DNA of 40,274 nucleotides from contig JBGANF010000070.1 of the NCBI GenBank assembly GCA_044222475.1, positions 1 to 40,274 on the forward strand. Direction: 5' to 3'. How positions within the stretch are numbered: the first letter of the stretch is position 1; each line of letters starts with the position of its first letter. The notes below the pieces were generated by a model. That model made no database searches and was not told the DNA's origin. It saw only the letters and a program-made list of their open reading frames with translations. The position numbers and the translations under genes are program-made. Below are positions 1-7,682 of this stretch, in pieces. This stretch comes from Polyangiaceae bacterium. Lineage in GTDB: Bacteria; Myxococcota_A; Polyangia; Polyangiales; Polyangiaceae.

Positions 1-75
1 CTGCAGGCTGGTGAGCCCGTAGAGGAGCGCGCTGGTGACGCCGAGGATGACGGCGAGGATGATGAATCGCTTCAC
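1..75 (-). CDS. 5' end of a membrane or secreted protein, truncated by the window edge (MKRFIILAVILGVTSALLYGLTSLQ...)
   Basis: GTG at 75 with GAGGT just upstream; basic then hydrophobic N-terminus; frame open to position 1. Confidence 0.6.
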   Translation of the reverse strand, partial: MKRFIILAVILGVTSALLYGLTSLQ

Positions 76-107
76 GTGACCTCGTTCGAGTATCCTCCCG
101 ATCGTAC

Positions 108-1061
108 ATGAGCCGCGAGCTGATTCGAAGCTTCGTCGTCTATCCCAAGGATACGTCGGCGGAGGAGCGCATCCGCATCGGTAGCGCGAACCGCACCACG
201 ACCGCCGCCGACTTCGGAGTCGAAGAGGACGGCGGGTTCCTGTTCAAGCTCCGCCGCGCCGCCGGCGTCCCGGTGCGGTTCCTCGGCCGGGCGCTCTTCT
301 TCGCGCCGGTCATCCTCGTCGTCAAGCTGGTCATGGGCGCTATCGATCACCGCGCGAGCGACATCCTCGTCCCGATTTTCGCCACGATCGTGACGCTCTT
401 CTTCGCGTCCGTGTGCCTGTGGATCTTGCTGTCGTTCATCTGGTGGGTCGCGCGCGGGCGCCACGCGAAGCGCGCGCTCATCGCCGGTGAGGCCGACACA
501 GATCTCGAGGCGTTCGAGGGGACGGCCGCCGAGCTGTCGCCCGGCTCGAGCGTGCTCTTCTGCGGCGGAGCCCACCCCGACGTCCACTACGCGCAGATGG
601 AGGCGTTCGCTCTCCTTCGTGACGGCGACGGTCCCATCATCGTCGCGCCGTCGCGCATGCCACGCGCGATCGGCGTGACCGAGCCCGGATCGGTCGACCT
701 GGTGCCTAGCGAGGCAGCCAGCTTGTTCGTCGACGGATCCCCCGACGTCGTCGTCGTGCGCCCCGGGGATCGCGTTCGCGTCCGCGGCGTGCGCATCGGC
801 GACGTCCCCAACGCCGAGAGCTTCACCCTCGACGGCGCTCCGGCCGCGCTCGTCACGAAGCGCGTCCGCGGCGTGCGCATCGGCGACGTCCCCAACGCCG
901 AGAGCTTCACCCTCGACGGCGCTCCGGCCGCGCTCGTCACGAAGGCCGCCGATGGGGCGTACCGCGCCGCCGCGTCGATCCCGGCGATCATCGTGGGAGA
1001 CGGTCCGACGCGTCGCCTGGTGATCGAGAAGCTCGAGCCCGTCCTCCCGGGCGCATCGTGA
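108..1061 (+). CDS. Hypothetical membrane protein (2 TM) with an internal 28-aa tandem duplication
   Basis: 317-aa ORF with GC-rich third positions, two hydrophobic segments, GTGA overlap with the next gene. Confidence 0.75.
   Translation: MSRELIRSFVVYPKDTSAEERIRIGSANRTTTAADFGVEEDGGFLFKLRRAAGVPVRFLGRALFFAPVILVVKLVMGAIDHRASDILVPIFATIVTLFFASVCLWILLSFIWWVARGRHAKRALIAGEADTDLEAFEGTAAELSPGSSVLFCGGAHPDVHYAQMEAFALLRDGDGPIIVAPSRMPRAIGVTEPGSVDLVPSEAASLFVDGSPDVVVVRPGDRVRVRGVRIGDVPNAESFTLDGAPAALVTKRVRGVRIGDVPNAESFTLDGAPAALVTKAADGAYRAAASIPAIIVGDGPTRRLVIEKLEPVLPGAS
777..944 (+). repeat. Exact 84-bp direct tandem duplication (777-860 = 861-944)
   Basis: The two copies are identical base for base; they encode RVRGVRIGDVPNAESFTLDGAPAALVTK twice. 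Confidence 0.95.
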
Positions 1062-1462
1062 AGCTCCTCAAGATGGTCCTCCGCGCGTTGCTCGCGGGCG
1101 CGATGATCATGGTCGGGATCATGCACTTCACGAACGAGCCATTCTTCACGAAGATCGTGCCCGCGTGGCTCCCGGCGGCGAAGGTGCTGGTGTACGTGAG
1201 CGGCGTCTGCGAGATGACGCTCGGCGCGCTCGTCCTGGTCCCGAAGACGCGCAAGCTCGCCGGGTGGGGGCTCACGGCGCTCTACGTCGCGGTGTTCCCG
1301 GCCAACGTGAACATGGTGCTCCACCCCGAGCTCGGTGGCACCCTCCCCCACTGGACGCTGTGGCTGCGGCTCCCCTTCCAGGCCCTGTTCATCGCGTACG
1401 CGCTCTGGGTGACCGAGGCGCTGCCGGCGAAGAAGGCTGCTACGCTCGCGCCCACGTCATGA
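1058..1462 (+). CDS. DoxX/MauE-like membrane protein
   Basis: GIMHF...IVPAWLP...SGVCE...AVFPANVNM...WLRLPFQ pattern typical of this small 4-TM family. Confidence 0.85.
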   Translation: MKLLKMVLRALLAGAMIMVGIMHFTNEPFFTKIVPAWLPAAKVLVYVSGVCEMTLGALVLVPKTRKLAGWGLTALYVAVFPANVNMVLHPELGGTLPHWTLWLRLPFQALFIAYALWVTEALPAKKAATLAPTS

Positions 1463-1713
1463 GATCCGCCGCTCCCCTCGCCTTCCTCGCGCTCGCGGCC
1501 GTCGCGATCTTCGGCGTGGAGTCCGCGTGCGTCGTCACCGGCAAGGTCTGCACCACCGAAGAGACGAAGAAGTGCGACGACGACTTGAGCGTCTGCATCG
1601 CCAAACCCCCGTGCGACAACCCGGCGAGCGCTGGCTATCAAGCGTGCGTCGACGCGTGCAAGCAGGCCCAGTGCGACTGCCTCACGAAGTGCGGGAACAC
1701 CTGTACCAAATAG
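1459..1713 (+). CDS. Small Cys-rich putative lipoprotein (84 aa)
   Basis: ATGA overlap with the upstream gene; signal peptide ending ESAC; 10 further Cys in 60 residues. Confidence 0.75.
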   Translation: MRSAAPLAFLALAAVAIFGVESACVVTGKVCTTEETKKCDDDLSVCIAKPPCDNPASAGYQACVDACKQAQCDCLTKCGNTCTK

Positions 1714-1722
1714 GTACCGTAA

Positions 1723-3090
1723 CTAGTGCGCAGCCGCCCGCTTCGGGCGCGCATTCCACAGCGTGAGCATCACCAGCGCGCCGACGGCCGAGAACGGCAC
1801 GAGCGACGGGGTCCACACGGCCCAGTGGTACCGGTCGAGGAGCCAGCCGAGCCCGAACCCGGTGAGCCCGGCGCCGACGTACTGCACGCCGTCGAGCAGG
1901 CCGGCGGCGGTCGCCGCGGCGCGTCGCCCGCCGAAGTCCATCGAGGCGGTGCCGCTGAGCAGACCGTGCACGCCGAAGATCCAGATGCACGAGAAGCCGA
2001 CCATGAACGCGGCCATGGTCGACGTCGGCGCGAAGCCGAGGACGAGCAGCGAGATGATCTGCCCGACGTAGAAGATGAACGCGACCGGCGCGCGCCGCGA
2101 CTGGAAGAAGAAGTCCGACACGAAGCCGCAGGTGAGCGCGCCGATGATCCCGCCGGCGGTGATGCCCCACGACGCGAGCTGAAACAGGCCTTTGCCCTTC
2201 TCCAGGTGGTGCACCTCGACGAGGAACTCCGTGTAGTAGAGGAGCAAGCCCTGGCGCACGAAGCCGGTGCAGAACTCGGCGAGGATGAGGCGGCGCAAGA
2301 CCGGGTGGGCGAAGACGTGCTTCGTGACCTCGAAGAAGCCTGGCTCGCGCGTCGGGTCGGCGTGCTCGTGCTCCGTCTTTTCGTCGCCGGTGTCGAAGTC
2401 GTCGTGACCGGCGTGGCTCGGCTTGTCGCGCACGAGGAAGAAGTCCACGAGGAACATCACCGACATTGCTGCCGATGGGACCAGGTAGACGAGCACGAAC
2501 GAGCCCTTGCCGGCGGCGAGGAGCCAACCGCCGACGCCCATCGCAAGCGCGTACCCCAGCGAGATCATCGACCCGAACAGACCACCGAGCACGCCGCGCT
2601 CGCGGACGTGGAACCACGACGAGTTGACCTTCACCACGCTGAGCGCGCCGAAGCTCTGGAAGTACATGTTGAGCGCGTACAGGACCGACATCCCGCCGAT
2701 GAGCCCCACCGGCCAGTGCGCGCCGTAGAGCCAGAAGATCCCGCCGATGATCATGTTCATCACGATCGAGCCGGCAGCCCCGAACAGGATCGCGCGCCGG
2801 CCGCCGAACTTGTCGGCGAGCGGCCCGTTGATGAGCACCCAGAACGCGTACGACCAGAAGCCCGCCGTCGCGATGATGCCCATCGCGCCTTTGTCGAGGT
2901 GGAACGCCTTGCCGATGTCGCCCTTGGCGACGTTGAAGTTGTAGCGACCCATGTAGAGGGTCGCGTAGGTGAGCCCGAGGGGGAACCAGTTGATGAACCG
3001 CCGAAAACGGAACGGGTTCCCGTGGTCGGGGACTCGGCTCGTGGCCGGTGCCCCAGAGGGCGGCGCGGAGTCGGTGACGGCGGCGGTCAA
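1723..3090 (-). CDS. MFS transporter, GlpT/UhpC-like (organophosphate:Pi antiporter family)
   Basis: About 12 TM; YMGRYNF, GPLADKFGGRR, WFHVRERG and GFVSD motifs. Confidence 0.9.
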   Translation of the reverse strand: MTAAVTDSAPPSGAPATSRVPDHGNPFRFRRFINWFPLGLTYATLYMGRYNFNVAKGDIGKAFHLDKGAMGIIATAGFWSYAFWVLINGPLADKFGGRRAILFGAAGSIVMNMIIGGIFWLYGAHWPVGLIGGMSVLYALNMYFQSFGALSVVKVNSSWFHVRERGVLGGLFGSMISLGYALAMGVGGWLLAAGKGSFVLVYLVPSAAMSVMFLVDFFLVRDKPSHAGHDDFDTGDEKTEHEHADPTREPGFFEVTKHVFAHPVLRRLILAEFCTGFVRQGLLLYYTEFLVEVHHLEKGKGLFQLASWGITAGGIIGALTCGFVSDFFFQSRRAPVAFIFYVGQIISLLVLGFAPTSTMAAFMVGFSCIWIFGVHGLLSGTASMDFGGRRAAATAAGLLDGVQYVGAGLTGFGLGWLLDRYHWAVWTPSLVPFSAVGALVMLTLWNARPKRAAAH

Positions 3091-3264
3091 GCGGGGCGCT
3101 CATACCACGAGGGGTGTCGGCCCCGGCAAGGGGGACCGTGAGGTGCACGGAATCGTCACAGTGGCGCGTCGCCGGCACGAAGTGGCGCGCGCCACCTCGG
3201 CCGGCCGAAAACATCAATGAAATCATGGGGACACTGGTGGCACAGGTCGTGGAAGGACGGGGGC

Positions 3265-4008
3265 ATGCGTCGCTTCATGGCTGCAGTCACAGGTGTGTTT
3301 CTCGCGCTCTGGGCGCCGGTCGCGTGGGGTCAGGCGGCCTCGTTCGACGTGTCGGTGGTGGCGTTCGTCGAGCGGGGTCCGACGCCGGCGGCTGGGGCGT
3401 ATCTGCTCGTGGCGCTGCCGATCGAGCGGTGGTTGACGCCGACGGCGGGCGGCCGACGCATCGGCGAGGGGGCGGCGAAGGCGCCGGCAACGGTCCCGGC
3501 GCCAGCGCCGACGGTGTCGGTGCCGCTCGCCCGCCAAGCGGTGCTGCGGGCTTGGGCGGCGGCGGGGCTCGCAGGGGACGACGAGCTCGACTCGATGGCG
3601 CGACGCGCGCGGTGGAGCGCCCTCCTGCCCGAGGTGCGTCTGCGGATGCTCCGCTCCGACCGGCGGACGGACGTGACCGGCGACGATGGCGTTCGGAGCG
3701 ACGGCACGTACGGAGCGACCGAGTGGTACGAGGCGCGGGTGGGTCTTCGCCTCGATCGGCTCGTCTTCGCGGACGAAGAGCTGGCGATCGAGCGCGTGCG
3801 CATCGAGCGCGTGCACGAGCGAGAGCAGCTCGCGGCGAAGGTGGTGGCGGAGCTGGGTCGCTTCGCGCGCGCGCGACTCGACGAAGCGGATCCGGCGCAG
3901 GACGAGCACGAGCACCTGGAGGCGCTGGTGCGGGAGCTGGAGGCGTCGATGATGCTGGACGTGCTGACGGGAGGTTGGTTCTCGCGCTGGCTCTCGGGAT
4001 CTCCCTGA
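3265..4008 (+). CDS. Hypothetical secreted protein
   Basis: Signal-peptide-like N-terminus (MRRFMAAVTGVFLALWAPVAWG); helical C-terminus; start could be 3217, 3265 or 3277. Confidence 0.7.
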   Translation: MRRFMAAVTGVFLALWAPVAWGQAASFDVSVVAFVERGPTPAAGAYLLVALPIERWLTPTAGGRRIGEGAAKAPATVPAPAPTVSVPLARQAVLRAWAAAGLAGDDELDSMARRARWSALLPEVRLRMLRSDRRTDVTGDDGVRSDGTYGATEWYEARVGLRLDRLVFADEELAIERVRIERVHEREQLAAKVVAELGRFARARLDEADPAQDEHEHLEALVRELEASMMLDVLTGGWFSRWLSGSP

Positions 4009-4019
4009 GCGAGCGGTCC

Positions 4020-4128
4020 CTCTGGTGACCGGGGCCGTTGGGGGCGGGCCCCCAACTGAGGACCCTCGCGGCGAAGCCGCGGGGGTCCGAAATTCTCCCA
4101 AGGGTGTCGGGGGCGAAGCCCCTGACGT
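4020..4128. repeat. Structured intergenic repeat (REP/MITE-like), copy 1
   Basis: 4020-4056 and 4102-4128 match 31075-31111 and 31160-31186; contains GC-rich hairpins. Confidence 0.8.
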
Positions 4129-4150
4129 CGAGGCGTGGTATGGCTGATGC

Positions 4151-5608
4151 GTGTCCAGCCTGACGCCGGGAACGATCTTTGCGGGGGAATACCGCGTCGT
4201 TCAGCCCCTGAGCGCGGGAGGGATGGGCGCGGTGTACATCGCGGAGCAGCTGGGCACCGGCAAACGCCGCGCGCTCAAGCTCATGCTCCCCGAGCTCGTG
4301 CGCGACGAGCGTCTTCGGGCCCGCTTCGAGCAAGAAGCGCGCGTTGGCTCTCGCATCCACAGCGAGCACGTGGTCGAGGTCGTGGACGCCGGGGTCGACA
4401 AGCAGACGGGGATGCCGTGGCTCGCCATGGAGCTTCTCGAAGGCGAGGACCTCGCGCACTGGCGCACGAAGTTCGGGGCGCTCCCTCCCGGAGATGCGCG
4501 CCGCATCCTCGAAGAGATGTGTCACGCCGTCGGCGCCGCCCACAGCGCGGGCATCGTCCACCGTGACCTGAAGCCCGAGAACCTCTTCGTCGCGAAGGCG
4601 AAGCGCGTCGGTTCCAGCTTCACCCTGAAGGTCCTCGACTTCGGCATCGCGAAGCTCGTCGAAGAAGCGCGCGGCTCGCGCACGGCCGCCGTGGGGACGC
4701 CGCTCTGGATGTCGCCCGAGCAGACCGAGGCGCAGTCGCAGGTCGCGCCGTCGAGCGACGTATGGGCGATTGGGCTCATCGCCTTCTGGCTCTTCACCGG
4801 GCGGAGCTACTGGAAGGGCGGCAACATGTCCGAGCCGTCGATCGCGACGCTCCTTCGGGAGGTCGTGCTCGACCCGCTCGTCCCCGCGAGCCAGCGCGCG
4901 GCCGAGCTCGGCTGCGCCGACCGCCTGCCCCACGGGTTCGACGGGTGGTTCGCGCGCGCGGTCGAGCGCACGGCCGCCCTTCGGTACCAGAACGCGCAGC
5001 AAGCGTTCGCCGCGCTCGACGCGCTCCTCGGCGCGAGCGCCGCGTCGTCGATGAGCCCTGCGCTCCCGATCAGCGGCAACGTCTCGGCCTCGGGCGGCGG
5101 CTACCCCGTGCAGATCACACCGGCCCAGCCGAGCGGTCCCATGATGGGACAACCCTCGTACGCGGCGTACCCGTCGGCTGCTCACGCGACGCCGGCGATG
5201 GCGCCGATGCCGATCACTCCCCTCCCGGGAACGCCGGGGTACAACTCCTACGGAGCGCATCAGTCGAACCCCGGCGCGTCCAAGCGCATGGGATCGGGCG
5301 CCGGAACCGGCTGCCTCATCGCGGTCATCGTCAGCGTCCTGCTCGTCGTCCTCGGCATCGGCGGCTGCCTCGGCCTCGTGTACTGGTCGGCGCGCGACGA
5401 CGAAGAGAAGTGCGCGAACACGACCCTCGGCGACGGCGACCGCATGGAAGCGTGCGAGCGCTCGTGCAACCTCGACGGCGAGGAGTACGCCGACGAGTGC
5501 ATGAACCTCGGAGATTTGCGCACGAAGGCCGGCGACACGACCGGCGCGAAGGAGGCCTACGCCGAGGCCTGCACGAAGGGCAACCAGACCGGCTGCAGCC
5601 AAAAGTAG
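4151..5608 (+). CDS. Hanks-type Ser/Thr protein kinase with C-terminal TM and Cys-rich (Sel1-like) external domain
   Basis: GGMGAVY, ALK, HRDLKPEN, DFG and GTPLWMSPEQ motifs; Pro-rich linker; TM segment; Cys-paired tail. Confidence 0.95.
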   Translation: MSSLTPGTIFAGEYRVVQPLSAGGMGAVYIAEQLGTGKRRALKLMLPELVRDERLRARFEQEARVGSRIHSEHVVEVVDAGVDKQTGMPWLAMELLEGEDLAHWRTKFGALPPGDARRILEEMCHAVGAAHSAGIVHRDLKPENLFVAKAKRVGSSFTLKVLDFGIAKLVEEARGSRTAAVGTPLWMSPEQTEAQSQVAPSSDVWAIGLIAFWLFTGRSYWKGGNMSEPSIATLLREVVLDPLVPASQRAAELGCADRLPHGFDGWFARAVERTAALRYQNAQQAFAALDALLGASAASSMSPALPISGNVSASGGGYPVQITPAQPSGPMMGQPSYAAYPSAAHATPAMAPMPITPLPGTPGYNSYGAHQSNPGASKRMGSGAGTGCLIAVIVSVLLVVLGIGGCLGLVYWSARDDEEKCANTTLGDGDRMEACERSCNLDGEEYADECMNLGDLRTKAGDTTGAKEAYAEACTKGNQTGCSQK

Positions 5609-5662
5609 GCTGGGCGCGCGTCGGTTTTCCTTTGCCAGCGCGTCTGCTAGTCAGAAGTCGTC

Positions 5663-6803
5663 ATGCTCAACGAATCGCGTGCCACCCTCGACGACCTCCA
5701 GAGGCGCCTCATGGCGCTAAGGGGGCATCTTTGACGTCCCGCGGCTGAAACGGCAGATCGATCAGCTCGGTGAACAGACCCTCGTCCCTGGCTTCTGGGA
5801 CGACGCGAAGAAGGCGCAGACCCTCACGCGGAAGCGGTCGAACCTCGAGAAGACGCTGGAAGAGTTCACGAAGCTCGAGCGCGACGTCGAGGACGCCAAG
5901 GTGCTCCTCGACCTCGGCGACGAGGGCAAGGACGACGCGACGATCGCCGAGGCGGCGGCGCTGTTGCCCGGCCTCGAGAGCCGCGTGCGCGCGCAGGAGC
6001 TCAAGCGAATGCTCGCCGGTCCGGCCGATCGCGCGAACGCCATCGTGCGCATCCACCCCGGCGCCGGTGGCACCGACGCGAAGGATTGGGCAGCGATGTT
6101 GCTCCGCATGTACCTGCGCTACTGCGAGAAGCGCGGCTACAAGACCGAGGTCATCGACTACCAAGAGGGCGACGAGGCCGGCATCGACGACGTGTCGTTC
6201 ACGGTCGAGGGCGAGTACGCGTACGGATACCTCCGCGGTGAGATGGGCGTTCATCGGCTCGTCCGCATGAGCCCGTTCAACGCGGACCACACGCGGCAGA
6301 CCGCGTTCGCCGCCGTCGAAGTCACGCCCGACACCGACGAAGACATCGACATCCAAGTCGCCGAGAAGGACATCGAGATCACGACGATGCGCGCCGGCGG
6401 CAAGGGCGGTCAGAACGTCAACAAGGTCGAGACCGCGGTCCGGCTGCGGCACTTGCCCACCGGGCTCAACATCGTGTGCCGCGCGGAGCGCAGCCAGCAC
6501 CAGAACCGCGCGATGGCGATGAAGATGCTCAAGGCGAAGCTCTACGAGATGGAGCTCGCGAAGCGCGAGGCGGCGAACGCCGCGTACGAGTCGTCGAAGA
6601 GCGCGATCAATTTCGGGAGCCAGATCCGGAACTACGTCCTCGCGCCGTATCGGCTCGTGAAGGACACCCGCAGCGGGCACGAGACGTCGGCGGTGGACGC
6701 GGTGCTCGATGGGGAGCTCGAGGCGTTCACCGAGGCGTATTTGCTCGCGGCGGCGGGTGGGACGCTCAAGAAGGGCGGAGCGGTCGAAGAGGCGGACGCG
6801 TAG
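5663..6803 (+). CDS. prfB: Peptide chain release factor 2, translated through a programmed +1 frameshift
   Basis: ATG 5663 opens 23 codons ending CTT-TGA-C; the +1 frame continues DVPRLK...FWDD and carries the SPF and GGQ motifs. Confidence 0.97.
5720..5735 (+). promoter_or_regulatory. prfB programmed +1 frameshift site (AGGGGG-cat-CTT-TGA-C)
   Basis: Internal SD 3 nt before the slippery CTT TGA C; canonical RF2 autoregulatory signal. Confidence 0.97.
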
Positions 6804-6869
6804 GCGAAACGGATTCCGATTCCGATTCGGCTTGCGCGCAGGTCTTGGTCGTCCCAAAACGGTACCGCG

Positions 6870-7682
6870 TCATCCCCGGTGGTAGACCGTCGCTCGGCCC
6901 TCACGCGTGAACCCGAGCAGCGTCACCCCGGCCGCCTTCGCCAGATCGATCGCGAGCGAGCTCGCCGCCGAGACCGAAGCCACGACCGGAATCCGCGCGG
7001 CGATCGCCTTCTGCACGATCTCGAAGCTCGCTCGCCCGCTCACGACGAGGATGCGATCCTCGAGCGGAAGCGCCCGCGCGCGCACTTGGGCCCCGACCGC
7101 CTTGTCGACGGCGTTGTGGCGGCCCACGTCCTCGAACGTAGCGATCGGGTTGCCGGAGAGATCGAGGATCGACGCCGCGTGCGTCCCTCCAGTCGACGCG
7201 AAGACGGGCTGTCGTTCCCCGAGCCGCGCGACGGCGCTCATGACGACCTCGAGATCGAGCACCCCCGTCGGAGGGCGCACGCTGGTGAACCGCGCAAGGA
7301 GATCCTCGATCGTGCGACGGCCACAGACGCCGCACGCGCTCGTGACGATCGTCCCGCGCCGCTCGACCGAGCCGTCACCGAGGTCCGGGATGCGCACGCC
7401 CGGGGCGAGCGTGACCTCGATGGTGTTCTCCCTGCCCTCGTCGCCGGTTCGCCCGCAATGAGCGAGCCCCGTGACGTCGTCGGGGGATGCGATGATGCCC
7501 TCGGCCCAGAGAAACCCGAGCACGAGCTCGCGATCGTGGCCGGGCGTCCGCATCGTGATCGCGAGCGTGTCGCCGGCGATCCGGATGTCGAGCGGAGCCT
7601 CGACGGCGACCACGTCGTCGGCCGCACGCGCCTGCCCGCCCTCGAAGCGCTCGACGGCTGCGCGCCGCATCGGGTCGGTCAT
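6870..7682 (-). CDS. fdhD: Formate dehydrogenase accessory sulfurtransferase
   Basis: TMRTPG, SACGVCG, TGGTHAA, EDVGRHNAVDK and SGRASFE motifs. Confidence 0.95.
   Translation of the reverse strand: MTDPMRRAAVERFEGGQARAADDVVAVEAPLDIRIAGDTLAITMRTPGHDRELVLGFLWAEGIIASPDDVTGLAHCGRTGDEGRENTIEVTLAPGVRIPDLGDGSVERRGTIVTSACGVCGRRTIEDLLARFTSVRPPTGVLDLEVVMSAVARLGERQPVFASTGGTHAASILDLSGNPIATFEDVGRHNAVDKAVGAQVRARALPLEDRILVVSGRASFEIVQKAIAARIPVVASVSAASSLAIDLAKAAGVTLLGFTREGRATVYHRG

Noticed and set aside
3238..3252. sigma54-like TGGCAC-AGGTC-GTGG upstream of the 3265 gene, with TGGCGCG motifs at 3162 and 3183
   Set aside because: The invariant -12 GC is replaced by GG, and TGGCGCG is expected by chance at this GC content
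6807..6835. GATTCC-GATTCC-GATTCG microrepeat after prfB
   Set aside because: Only three short units with no spacers; not CRISPR and too short to interpret
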